Shown here one piece after another: positions 12,901 to 24,785 of a DNA stretch of 64,000 nucleotides (its first letter is position 1; every line of letters begins with the position of its first letter). The position numbers and the translations under genes were made by a program. The DNA is taken from NCBI RefSeq assembly GCF_006345805.1, contig NC_043007.1, positions 14,198,001-14,262,000 of the forward strand, given 5' to 3'. Source of the DNA: Octopus sinensis (lineage: Eukaryota). The notes beneath the pieces are model-generated. The model saw nothing but the letters and a program-made list of their open reading frames with translations, did not search any database and was not told the origin of the DNA.

Positions 12901-13947
12901 TACGGTTACGTCTGCTCCTGTATCTATTTTGAATGTTACATTCGAGTTGTTCACTTTTAGTTCGACCGTCCAAATGTCTTTTGGAGTCTTGAACTTTTCG
13001 ATTTTGTGCACGCGGGAATTATTTGCAGTGATCATTTCGAGTGCATGTGTATCGTCATCTGATTCATCGTCGGTATGTATCTCTACTTTATGTACAAATT
13101 TTCTTGATTTGCACATTTTTGCATAGTGTCCTTGTTTCTTGCATTTTTCACATGTCTTGTGAAATGCTGGGCATTTATTTCTTTTGTGATTATAACCACA
13201 ATAGTGACAGTTAGTGACGTAGTGTTGACTTGGCGCTTGAAACTTCGCGGGCTTTCTGTCACTTCCGCCTTGTTCGTTTTGATGTCTGGATTGCATATGG
13301 CGGGTTATTTGAGTTTTGGCGCCTTTTCTGTCGTGTTGACTATATACCCTCGAGATTTCGTTATCTCTTGTTTCGGATGTGGCATTTAGCATCCTTGATT
13401 GGAGTCGTGTTTGCTCTGCACTCTGACCTGCTTGAATTGTTTTTTGTAGGTCTAAATTTGGTTCTCTCAATAATCTTTCTCTTAATCTCATGTCTCTGAT
13501 TCCACATATCAGAATATCTTTGGTGAGACTGTCTGTGAGGTTGCCGAATTCGCACTGTTGTGCCTTTTGGCGCAACTCTACTACGTACTCATCGAATTTT
13601 TGATGTTCCGCTTGTCCACATGTGAAGAATTTGTGTCTTAGGAAAGTTATGTTTTTCCTGGGTTCACAATATGCATCGAATTTTTCGATTACTGTCTGAA
13701 GGTTCATTTCTTCGTCGGGTGAATCGAAATCCAGTGTGGAATGGATATCTCGGCCTTTAGAACCGATGCAAGTTAAAAACATTGAAGTTTTTACTTTGTC
13801 TGGCTTCATGTCACTTTCTGTTGCTATCAAAAAGAGATTGAATTCTTTTTTCCACTTTTTCCATGCTGCGGCTAGATTTTCCTGATTAAAGTCTAGGTCT
13901 TTTGGATGCGGTAAATGTTCCATTTCGTCTTTGAAGTATGATTTCAA
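9979..13947 (-). CDS. Gag-Pol polyprotein, 1322 aa (gag zinc knuckles, PR, RT, RNase H, IN)
   Basis: CHYCGYNH..C and CEKCKKQGHYAKMC; FKIDTGAD; LCLDPKNLN, KLDASNGYWQ, SQDDIII; TDASKHGLGA; HTGHMG..CSYC, GTDVF, SDNGPEF, NGMVER. Domain order PR-RT-RH-IN. Confidence 0.97.
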   Translation of the reverse strand: MKSYFKDEMEHLPHPKDLDFNQENLAAAWKKWKKEFNLFLIATESDMKPDKVKTSMFLTCIGSKGRDIHSTLDFDSPDEEMNLQTVIEKFDAYCEPRKNITFLRHKFFTCGQAEHQKFDEYVVELRQKAQQCEFGNLTDSLTKDILICGIRDMRLRERLLREPNLDLQKTIQAGQSAEQTRLQSRMLNATSETRDNEISRVYSQHDRKGAKTQITRHMQSRHQNEQGGSDRKPAKFQAPSQHYVTNCHYCGYNHKRNKCPAFHKTCEKCKKQGHYAKMCKSRKFVHKVEIHTDDESDDDTHALEMITANNSRVHKIEKFKTPKDIWTVELKVNNSNVTFKIDTGADVTVLPFREYRNIIPKPQLRKTSTRLSAYNNTAIKVLGKCTAVIKYKELSKQIKFIVAKTNSHAVIDAKTAKDLNLIQRISKINSSNTNDILEKYEDCFGEIGTLSITHHITVDPQITPVIHPPRSVPFSIKEKLNKELKRMTELDIIKPVSEPTDWVNSLVIVKKANGKLRLCLDPKNLNKAIKRQHFKLPTAEDIFAQKHNPKYFSKLDASNGYWQIPVDEESSHLLTFNTPFGRYRFTRLPFGIHSASEVFQKEISKIIEGIEGARNSQDDIIIWSNTLEEHTNRLQQVFDRIRKHGLKLNKSKCIFYESQIKYLGHILTSEGIKQDPTKVQAIIHMPLPTSKKELQRFLGMTNYLCKFLSNYSEVTAPLRQLLQSDTLWSFDKPQIEAIKKLKEMITRKPVLQFYDPDLPIKITTDASKHGLGAILEQKHNERWLPVSFASRATTQAEQNYCPIESEALSIVFACKKFHQFIYGTHFRIENDHKPLKQIFKKSITKCPPRIQRFLLTLQRYDFDLNHIPGKESIVADTLSRAYLEQNTPEVSDEDMKSHIHAVIKNYPITDTKLKEYKEATADDPSLQTLVTYTRTEWPPKDKIPINIKPFVSVRDEISIVNGLVLKGSRIIVPKSLRREALQEIHTGHMGIEKCIERAKECIYWPGINAQIKDMINTCSYCIDYKNQQAAEPLINHEIPTTPWTKVGTDVFHLSGNSYVTIIDYTTRFFDLHEINDCQSKTVIKKLKETFAKFGIPQTVVSDNGPEFNSAEFKKFAKNWHFHHTKTSPHYHQANGMVERNIQTIKKTLKKAFKSDEEPQLALLALRTTKLQNGAPSPANQIMNRTLRTNLPNILHDKIGIRPHEKKKSNITTELPELKPHDTVRIKFNNNWFRRGKIIKKLEQPRSYLVITEEGNTVKRNRQHILKTNEHVRITEELDYENIFPKSTNTHEKTKTPQLQNSTLQNNKTTKSGRRIIIPCRYR

Positions 13948-13990
13948 CTTCTTTTTTCCTTTGGTTTCTGTATTTTGGGTTCTTTTAGTA

Positions 13991-14001
13991 TTCTGACACC
14001 A
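13991..14001 (-). other. Primer binding site TGGTGTCAGAA (tRNA-Leu type)
   Basis: Abuts the 5' LTR; complementary to the ...UUCUGACACCA 3' end known for tRNA-Leu(CAA). Confidence 0.85.
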
Positions 14002-14239
14002 TGTTGTTGTTATATATATATACTGTATTGAGTATTAAAGGAAGTAGTGAGTACTTAGTATGAAAGATTAAGAAAATGAGAGAGACTGAAACAACGTGTT
14101 AACGATACAAGATACTTTATTCGACTGCCGTTGTTGTACAAGTTAATTGTTTTGGCGGGAAACAAAGTGAAAGTCCTTTTATCAAGGGAGACAATGGGCG
14201 ACGTTGATTGTTCATGTTTGTTGTGATGATTATATAACA
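14002..14239 (-). repeat. 5' LTR (238 bp)
   Basis: Identical by eye to 9700-9937. Confidence 0.97.
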
Positions 14240-14286
14240 AACTCCATATCGTAATATTGTGTACCAAATCAATTGATACCGTTACA

Positions 14287-14381
<95 letters not shown>

Positions 14382-15733
14382 GTGTGGTAAGTAACTTGCT
14401 TACCAACCACATGGTTCCGGGTTCAGTCCCACTGCGTGGCACCTTGGGCAAGTGTCTTCTACTATAGCCTCAAACCGACCAAAGCCTTGTGAGTGGATTT
14501 GGTAGACGGAAACTGAAAGAAGCCCGTCGTATATATGTATATATATATATATGTCTGTGTGTGTGCGTGTGTGTTTGTGTGCCTGAGTTTGTCCCCCTAG
14601 CATTGCTTAACAACCGATGCTGGTGTGTTTATGTCCCCGTTACTTAGCGGTTCGGCAAAAGAGCCCAATAGAATAAGTACTGGGCTTACAAAGAATAAGT
14701 CCCGGGGTCGAGTTGCTCGACTAAAGGCGGTGCTCCAGCATGGCCGCAGTCAAATGACTGAAACAAGTAAAAGAGAAAAAGAGTAAATATATCCTGTCTG
14801 TCTGTCCGGACCACTATATCTCACTCTACACTTCCATGAGAAGTTTCACTGGACATAGTTTTACTGAGATAAACGGTTTATAAGAGTTACCTCCCTTAGC
14901 TTAAAGTTTTACTAAGATATTTATTGGGTCTATTATCTTTCTTCAGGCATCAGACTGCGGTCATGCTGGGGCACCGCATTGACGGATTTTAATCGAACAA
15001 ATCGACACCAATTCTTCCTTTTTATATGTCTAGTACTTTTTTAACTGTCCCTTTTTTTTTTTTTTACCGAACTGCTAAGTTACGTGAACGTAAACACACA
15101 AGCACTAGTTATCTAATGGTGGTGGTGGACAAACGCAGACACAAAGCGACACACTCTCTTACTCTTTACTCTTTTACTTGTTTCAGTCATTTGACTGCGG
15201 CCATGCTGGAGCACCGCCTTTAGTCGAGCAAATCGACCCCCAGGACTTTATTCTTTGTAAGCCCAGCACTTATTCTATCGGTCTCTTTTGCTGAACCGCT
15301 AAGTGACGGGGACGTAAACACACCAGCATCGGTCGTCAAGCAATGCTAGGGCGACAAACACACACACACATACATATATCTATATATAGATATATACGAC
15401 AGGCTTCTTTCAGTTTCCGTCTACCAAATCCACTCACAAGGCTTTGGTTGGCCCGGGGCTATAGGAGAAGACACTTCCCCAAGATGCCACGCAGTGGGAC
15501 TGAACCTGGAACCATGTGGTAGGTTAGCAAGCTACTTACCACACAGCCACTCCTGCGCCTTTTGATTTTGATTTCAAGAGACTTCAATTTCCTGTAGGAG
15601 TTAGTTTTGCAGTGTCAATTAAGAAGCCTCAAGGGCAATCCCTAAAAATCGTTGGACTTCACCTCATGCTGCAGTACTTTTTCCCGTGGTCAGCTCTATG
15701 CTGGTTGTTCCAGAGTTGGAAATGGTAACAATC

Positions 15734-16154
15734 GGATCTTTTCGGTTTGAATCACAGTTTTTTCTAGCGGTGTCATATGAAATTGTCACCCATAATTATG
15801 ACCCTAGTATCGATCTATTGCATTTTAATCTGTTTTAGGGTTAGGGTTAGAGGTGGGGGGAAGGGAATCTTTTTTTTTTTCTTCAGAAATGTAAATAAAC
15901 CCAATCTGTTTCTTAAACGAAGGACATATTCATACGGCACAGAATGTTTTCACCTCAATAGACGTCATTGATTGGTTGAAATTGCAGAAATTGAAGTAAA
16001 AAAACAAAAAATATCTTACAAACTATAGAATTTTTTCAATAAAGCCAAGAGAAAAAGATGTTTTATAAACACATTTTACCAGTATACGAAGTTTAAAAGT
16101 GTTTAGTTACGTGGAAATTATTTTAAAAAACTGCCGGTCAAACCGAAAAGATCC
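15734..16154. mobile_element. Non-autonomous TIR element (MITE); related partial copy at ~8860-9090 continuing at ~9552-9596
   Basis: 17-bp TIR GGATCTTTTCGGTTTGA / TCAAACCGAAAAGATCC. Confidence 0.7.
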
Positions 16155-19100
16155 AAAATATTTCGTCGGCAATTTCCGTAAATCTTTTTTATTTCTTTAA
16201 TTTTTCTTTTCAGCTGGATTGCTAAATTTTATGCAGTGTATGATCATCAGAAAAAAATTAAATTAAAGAAAAAATAAAATATCATGGAAACAAAATGAAA
16301 ATACGTTTAAGTTGTGCAGGATAAGAAATAAAAAATTAATTACTGAAATGAATTTAATTTAAAATCGAAATGTCGAAACCTCAATGGTTTCGACATTTCG
16401 ATTTTAAAACGAAAGTGAAAGTGTTCAGCTGAACCAGTAAATCTCGGTAATAAAATGAAAGTAAAAAATAATGTTTTACTTAGAAAGTGAAATTCCATTT
16501 TGATACCACAAATATCGTCGTGGTTGTTTACCAAGAGGGCCTCTGGGTTCTAATAATATTGGTCTTATATCTGTCTGGGGTCGAAATACTTCCACTTTAT
16601 TAACCACCATCGCTCTGATTGCACAGCTGAGTTCAAATTCCGCCGAGGTCGACTTTGCCTTTCATCCTTTCGGGGTCGATAAATTAAGTACCAGTTACGC
16701 CCTGGGGTCGATGTAATCGACTTAATCCGTTTGTCTGTCCTTGTTTGTAAGGTGTGTTCCAAGTACTGTTGCAGCCGTCTCCTTCAATTTGGAATAGCAA
16801 AAGTGTGCAGGTCAGCTTAATAAATGTATAGTAATAATATACTAAAATTGTAATGGTACAGAACAGTTACACCTACCTCTCCTGAAAAAAAAAAGTCTCA
16901 AAATTTCTGGAATGCACCTCGTAAGTTGTCAGAAATATCTAGGTAAAGGCAACAAGAGTGTGTAATGGGTAACATTGATTTGTAAACAATAATGTCGGAG
17001 TCAGCAGTTGCAACGATAAAAATTAGTTGTTATGACGGCAAGTTGTCAGCTGTGAAAGATGAACAATGCATGAAGTTTTAAGGAAATATTTATTTACCGT
17101 TACGTTGCAAATACCTTGCCTCGACGGGCAGGTTTTGATACATCCTAAAGCATGCGAAGTAAAGTTTGTGTTTGTGTCCTCTTCATTGTTTAGTAGTAAA
17201 TACAGAGAAAGATAGAATGATGTTGTAAGAGAATAGAATTAGAGCTAGTGAGAGTTGTAGGGTGTGGGATGTTGTCTCACAGTTGCTGACAGTAAACTTC
17301 ATTTCTCCCCTTGACCAAGGTTCTAGCTGGTCAGCCAGACTTCGTTCTCATTGAGTCGTCACCGACTGTGACTAACTGATTTTTGCTTGGGGTATGCTTG
17401 CTTTTATAACTACCTAGAATAATAGATATATCATTGAGAACAATAGATTTAGTTGGTGGTCTTGTTATCTCTATTCTAGTTTTTGGTGAAGTAGAAGAGG
17501 TTAGAAAGGGTCAAGTGTTAAAGATGTTATTTCGGCCTACCTAAAGACATCTGGAAAATGTAAAACTGCTGTCAGAGAAAAAAACCATTGTTCCACCTTG
17601 GGAAAAGTTTTGTTGCAGTGTTAATTTAAATGTGGCTATGGTGGATCGAATCCACTTCATGCTTGCAAGGTCCACTACAAGTTCAACCAACTCCAACGAA
17701 CAGAAACTACTCTAGTAATGAAAGAGCAAAAAGAGGTTGTCCAGAGGCTGTAGTGGGTTGGTGAGCGACTTCATGTTAATCTGTCGAAAGCTTTTCTCTG
17801 AATGCAATCTGAGATGTCTGCATGTGTAGTAGCAGCACTGCTCCGGGTGTAGGAGCAGTTCTCTATTGTGGGGCCCACCTCTGAGTTTTGTAAAAAATTT
17901 AACGGTGTTTCAAACGCAGCCTTTGTTAAGTTGAAGAGTTGTGTTCTCTAGGAGATATCCTTAGCGCCAGTGAGGTGTAGTATTCGTGACGACTTTAAGG
18001 ATTCTAATAGTATGTTGTTCATACCTAGAAGGGTGATATGATAATGTTTTTTGACATATGAAGGGATTGTGCCATTTTGCTGGTGGGAGAGAAAAAGATT
18101 GGCGTTGCATCCATTGGGAGATATTTTCGAGGTCTTTATTCGTGGATTGGGCATAGATTGAATGCGAGGTAATTTAAGACCACACATGACTGCAGAAGGT
18201 TAAAAGGTAACAAACACGAGACTGTCACGAATAGGACACTTTTGATGAGAAGTCTACCAGTTAGCACTAACCTAATTAAGCAGTAAATTGTTAGAACCGT
18301 TAGAGTCGGACAAAATATCTAAGGTATTCGACTTCACTATTTATTTTTCCAAAAGTTGCAAAAATAAAGTGCCTATGATGTAAGGCGGCGAACAAACTGA
18401 ATCGTTAGCCTGTCCTGCAAAACGCTTAGTGGCATTTCGTCTGTCTTGACGCTTTGAGTTCAAATTCCGTCGAGGTTGACTTTGCATTTCATCCTTTTGG
18501 AATCGATAAATTAAGTACCAGTGGAACACTGGGTTCTGTGTAATCAATTAGGCCCCTTTTCCAAACTTACTGGCTTCGTGTCAAACTTGAAAACTAATAT
18601 TCCTATAATATCTTCTATTATGGTGTTATAATAGAAAGGTAAGACGCGACACAATCGAAGAATACGCAACAAGAACACCAAACAACAATATAATCACGGA
18701 AGCGAACAAATGAAAAGAAATTAAGTAAACTTGGCACCTCGTAAATTTGTTGGCATGATATTTGCCACGAAAACCTTTTGGCACCTGTGCCGCCTCTCTA
18801 AATATGAGTGTCATGTGTCAAAAAACGATTCTTAACGTTTTCACTAATATAAGTTTTATATAGAAGTTTCCTCCTCCTATTCTTCACCAAGGTAAGCCAC
18901 AAGACAATGGGATTTTAGAGTTCGGACTTTCTATCTCCTAGATGGGTGTTCTGACTAGAACTAGAAATCCAACACTCCGAAGACATTCATTTATCATCTT
19001 AAGAACTTCTGTGTCGCTTATATCTATCTGCTATGTAAAAATATTACAAAACCTCACTAGAGATGAAATTTTTAAAATATAGAGAAACATCCTATCTATG

Positions 19101-19453
19101 CTTTTGATGTGCAGAAAAAAAAAAGCAAGCGAAAGTAGTGGTGGAGTCTCCTGACAAACCGTTTCACAATTTGTTGACTGCACCTCAGAGAAGGCGAACT
19201 TGGTTTCCCTCCCGAATCGATATGTATAAAGTATGCATCTTTAATATAATGCAGTCATAATTTAAGCTAGTACCTTAGTGGGTAGTGTAATTTACATATT
19301 TGCACGTTTAAAGAGTCGTGATTAATTAAATAAAATGTTTTTTTTTTATTTACAAAAAGTGAGTATTTATGTTTGTTCGTAACTACAAAGGTACCAAAAG
19401 CATGGTAGATCCAAATAAGTCATACTCACTGTGTGTGTGTCTGTGTGTGTGTC

Positions 19454-19508
<55 letters not shown>

Positions 19509-19930
19509 TTAATCATAGCAATTGAACATTGATATTTTTTCCAGGAGGCTTAAGTTGTTACGATCCGATGGAGGAGCCTCCGTGTAGGGGTCAAAATCTC
19601 CTTCAAATATATGATATGGTGGAAGGAAGGAAGGAAAGAAGATTATTCGATCTTAGATGTTTTTTGCTCAGAGCTATCCAGGGACTAAACAAACAGCTAG
19701 ATTGTCATGTCCCTTTTGAATAACGTATCACCTATGATTTTTCATAGAACAGTTAAGTCAATATTTAATATGTTGCAGCACTGTTATGATCCAGTCGATG
19801 TAAAAGAAGTGGGTAAGCTCCAAACGGAGATCGAAATCAGACCGTGTCTTAAGCTAATCGCCAAACATCAAGAGAGGGACAATGCAATGCCAGAGAGTCC
19901 AATGACCCAAATAGAAACCAAGATTCAAAC

Positions 19931-19993
19931 ACCGGAAATAAGTTTTGCTTCAGCTCAGTCATCTACTGCGCGTGCGCAGTGAATCCCCACGTG
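19931..19993 (+). promoter_or_regulatory. WDR43 proximal promoter/5' UTR motif cluster: ETS-like, NRF1-like, E-box
   Basis: ACCGGAAAT 19931-19939; near-palindrome ACTGCGCGTGCGCAGT 19965-19980; CACGTG 19988-19993; all within 75 nt of the ATG. Confidence 0.6.
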
Positions 19994-20004
19994 TTTGTCT
20001 CTTA

Positions 20005-20190
20005 ATGATGGCTGCCACAGAAGTTGTGAAATTCTCTCCCAATGGCAATTATTTAATACATTCTTCCGTTGATGGCATCATTAAAGTATGGGAAACTCAG
20101 ACAGGCACATTAAAAGATGAGTTTACTCCAAGTTCACATTTAGCGGCGACTTGTAGCTGCCTCGCTTGGCATCCCTCTGTCCGATCTCCG
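20005..20190 (+). CDS. WDR43: WDR43 coding exon 1 ([10 protein letters not shown]...WHPSVRSP)
   Basis: ATG at 20005; donor GTAAGC at 20191; phase 0; WD40 start. Confidence 0.92.
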
Positions 20191-23100
20191 GTAAGCCAGC
20201 ACCGTTTTCTTCCTTACTATCGTTTTTTTTTTTTTTAAATATATTTTCCCTTTTATCTTCCGAAATTACAAGTTTACTTCGATGTTTCAAATTTTCCCTG
20301 GTTGTTTCGTGTATGGCTCGGGGACAGCTGTTTGCCTTTTTTTCACCAATTGTTCGTCTCATCAAACTTCTGCAGCATGTTGTTGTTTATTACATATGCG
20401 TTGAAACATTGCCCTGTCACTAATTATCACCATGTGCTCGTTTTAAGTTTACACGTTTTAATAAATCTTCGGGCTATATTGGAATTCTTGTCTGGTATAA
20501 GCTAAAAATCGTTGTACGTATAATTCGAATAATGCATATCATTCCATCCACCTACATATAAAGTAATCGAGAGATGTAGAGATTTTATTTTTATTCTAAT
20601 ATTCGATTTAGTAAATGAAACTTAATGATTGATTGATTGGTTTTCTACTGTATTTTACATATGCTTTTATTTATTTTTTAAAGAAGTATAGTATTATTAT
20701 TTTTTTGCTGATTCTCTAATTCTGACTTCCAACCCCATCCCTTAATATATTTTTAATTTTAAAAAAAAATTCGAACTTCAAATTGTGTATTGGACTCTTG
20801 TACTGTCGCACCTGTTATAGTCGTTTTGTTAACAGCATAACAGTTTTTCGGTGTTCTTTGTAATTACACCCATAATGACAGGTAGCTGAAAATGGTAATG
20901 CTAATAAAATTCCACACCTTCGAATTACAACGATTCAGTTCGTGGAATCAATTCTAAGTTTTCTGTTTAGGCGAAAACCAGATTTGATCAAAATTGACCC
21001 CTTGATCGTAAGTACTCCAACCCTGACTATCCTGCCTTTTTTCCTGGTATGATGTATCGAGGATTGCATTATTCAGTATATCCTTCCGCTTTTTATGGCT
21101 GTAGTATGTAATTTAAAGCAGATTTGACTTATTTCTAGCCGATCGACCAATTGAAAAGGCCCTCCTCATTCAAGAGTAATGTTTATGAACTTAACTGCAT
21201 CTCCTGTTCGGATAGAGTCCCCACCTAGTAGTATAGTACATTAACAAATAGATAATGAGAGTGTCTCTGAAACTCGATCTGCTAGAAATAACAGCCACGT
21301 ATTCATTAAATTACACCTCCTCTTCAAAAAAAGACTTTGGATAATGTCATGGAAACCTGTCTGGAGAACAAGAACAGGAAGTTATGGCTGGAAGGTCCTT
21401 TATCATATCATATCATATACATATTTACCAATCTTAACCGGGTCCTAAAGTACCACTATTGCAAGTGGTCGACCTACTCTGCATTATTAGAACTCTCAGG
21501 AAATTCCTTTAACTACATTGTTTAGTTAATATTCTTTATCATTTTCCATGCTGGCATCGGTCGGACGTTTTGATAGGAGCTGCCCAGGTTCTAATTGTCT
21601 GCTTTGGTATGCTTTCTATAGTTGGATTCCCTTCCTAAAGCCAACCATTTTACAGAGTGTACTGGGTGCTTTTGACGTGGCACCGGCACATTATCCACTT
21701 TGATCAGCCCACAATAGTTTAACTATTTACACTTTAAAAGAAATAATCTAAATCTGATATTTGCTTCCCATCTACAATATGAAACTGATGGTTAGGAATT
21801 GTCCTGAGGAAATATTCTTCCATAGTATGGAATACACCAGCTGCAGGAAAGCTCCGGCCGTTTTAAACAGAATGTAAAAATAAAATTCCTTTCTCATTTT
21901 CTAAATATGAAATAACAAAGTGTCATTGTTGCTTGAATGATTTGTAGACACTGTAACCAAATCTTCCTCAAATAGCACCCCATTGTGTCTTACAGGAGAT
22001 TGATGTATTGAATAACATGATCCTAAATATACAATGTCTAGATAAAAGACAACACACAAAATCACGGCTGATCAACCACAAGCAAAGTCGAATACTGGCT
22101 CTTTTCGTTACTGTATTTCTGTTGAGAAGCTCTGTGTTTCTCTCAATTAATTCTAAATATAACAAAGAATTTAGTAAAATAACTTAGTTGTCATTCAGCT
22201 AGTGTTGGGAACATAAATTGTTTGGTGGAAGATTTTAATTCAAGACTTACGATAACAAGACATTTGTACTCAGAGCCAGAACCGGTTTCAGCCAGGTTGG
22301 TAACGAAAGGGTTAATGGACAGATTATAGATTGTGAAGTTAAAAATGTTTATCAGTTGGTGTTGTGTTACTGGGGTAGCAGTAACTTTTAGTGTTGGGGA
22401 TGGCAGACCTTAAGAACTTTTCTTTTTTTTGTTGATTACTTGCATTCTTTATTACAGTAATTTGATTAAACACAAACTCTTTAAATGTTTTAATGATGCT
22501 TTCAAATTGCATGTTGATAATGAATGTTAGTCAGTCATGGTGAAATGGAAGCAGCACCATTGCAGAGCACAGATACTGTTCAAAATGTCTAAAGTGTCAA
22601 AGAACAAAATTGGATATCAAGCAGAAGTTTCTGGTTATTAACAATTACATTCAAAACACTGGATTAAATTAATTAGTAGTCATTAAAAAGAGGGAATCGG
22701 AGAAGTGATATATCCTTAGAAATGATAAAACCTACTTTGGGGTTTCTCAGTTCTTGATTATATATCATTGTTTTTAATTTCTCTTTCATTCATGGCATCA
22801 TCATCTGTTGGCATGGGTTGAACGATTTAACAGGAGCTGGCAAGACCAGGAGCCATGCCAGGTTCCATTGCCTGCTTTGGCATGGCTTCTACAGTTGGAT
22901 GCCTTTTCCTAACGCCAACCACTTGACAATGTACTGGGTGCTTTTTATGTGACGCCAACACCAGTGCATTTCATGTTTTACCATATATATATACACACAC
23001 ACAATTTGTTTTTATGAATGCCTATTTTCAAACTGATGACTGTTCTGGTTAAGGCACTGCTGATAAATTGAAGCAATGATCAAGGAACATTTTCTGACTG

Positions 23101-24754
23101 ACTTGACTTGACAGCATTTACCCGGGGTGGGTTGAGCTGGCTTCATTCATCCTCACTGCTGCATCTCTCACAAACGCCGACCAGGCCTGGCGATTTGAGG
23201 CTAATGACCGAGTGATCTCCAACCACTCCTTATTCCAGCAGTGAACGCCGTAGACATGGGGGCCTAGGTTGGGTTCTAGATCAGCCTTGACTGTCATCAG
23301 CCAGGTTTTTCGTTGTCCACCGCATCGGTTTCGCCAACCCTGAAGGGGAGCTGGGGCATTTGTTTCGTAGATGAATTCTCCTGGTTGACGCCGGAGGGCA
23401 TGACCCAGCCAACGCAGATGTCTCGTTGGAATGACTTGTCGGAGGGGGGTGATTCTGCACTGGTGTCACACTGAATTGTTGGAGACAAAGTGATGCCATC
23501 GGACACGAAGGATGCGGCGTAGGCAGAGGTGATTGAAGGATTCTAGTCGCAAGCATCCTTATTTGATCCTTCAAATATTCCTCAAATAAGAAACATTTTA
23601 TTTGGTATTTGTGTGCATTCTCATTCAAGAACTGTCAATTCATCAAATATTAATGGATTTGAACTGTAAATCTTTCAAAATTCTCCATATAATAAAGCCT
23701 AGTGATGAGAGGTCTGATGAGCATAGACGGTATGCTAATGAACTTCTTTGGGTAATCCACCTGTCTGATCAAGGCAGGCCCTTACATTACTATGGTAGTG
23801 GCAGGGAAACAGCTTCAAAGCCTTGTTGAATACTTGGCATGTCAAGAGTGTCCTGAGTGACTGGCACCAGTCACAGTACTGTCGAAAAAGAATGGTCCAA
23901 TTTTTTTACTGATAAGTTACACTATTCTGTAACTCCTGGTAAATTAACATGATGTTCCTGTATGATATGCAGATTCTCAGGTCCCCAGTAGCTGCAATTG
24001 TGGCTAATTGAGCCATTTAATTTAACCCTTTCGTTACTGTATTTATTTTGAGTTGCTCTGTGTTTCTTTCAGTTACTTTAAATCTAACAAAGAATTCAGT
24101 AAAGTAACTTAGTTATCATTCAGCTAGTGTTAGGAACATAAATTGTGACTAAGGTTTGGTGGAAGATTTTAATTCAAAACTCATGAAAACAAGACATCTG
24201 TACTAAAGAGCCAGAGCCGGTTTCAGCTGGTTTGGTAACAAAAGGGTTAAATGTGGCCACATCACTCTAAACAATCTTTGTTGGAAAGTGTGCATTTTGG
24301 ATACATTTTGCCAAATACCTCTCACAAAACTCCATTCTTCAGTCAGGATCATTTTGTTTTGAGAACATGGACTATTCTTGGACTATAACTTTTCCAATAA
24401 CAATTCTTCAAAATGTGATGCTCACTTGATATTGAAATTCTGCCAATTCATTTGTCTTCCAGAATATTTCTTGTGGACATTCTGAACAGTTCCTTCTACT
24501 TCAGGCTTATCTCTAATTGGAATGATGTTGAGTTGCATAGGTGGTTCTGTTTGTATTTCACCCCCAAACTATCTTTGCATTTCAACTGCATATTTCAAGC
24601 TTCCTGTAGCACTTTAGGCTAAATTTCCTTTGTTAAAAGTTTTCTCTGGTTCCCTTTGTTATTTCTCAAGGGTTAATCTAAAAAGAAATGAAAATTGAAT
24701 TATCAGCAGTTAAAGTGTATATACATTTTGGGGGACATCCTGTATATGTATATA

Positions 24755-24785
<31 letters not shown>

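Larger units (their letters stand above)
9700..14239 (-). mobile_element. Full-length Ty3/Gypsy (Mag/K02A2.6-like) LTR retrotransposon
   Basis: TG...CA LTRs at 9700-9937 and 14002-14239; TSD AACTC at 9695-9699 and 14240-14244; PBS; PPT; single gag-pol ORF. Confidence 0.98.

Noticed and set aside
23030-23100. C/D-like arrangement (CTGATGA..CTGA..ATGATCA..CTGA)
   Set aside because: Non-consensus C box, no terminal stem, no recognisable guide; the last CTGA belongs to the RTE tail repeat.
23697-23775. GTGATGA...CTGA snoRNA-like, or CTGATGA+stem hammerhead-like motif
   Set aside because: K-turn stem does not register, GAAA is missing, and the region reads better as a decayed GIY-YIG coding remnant.
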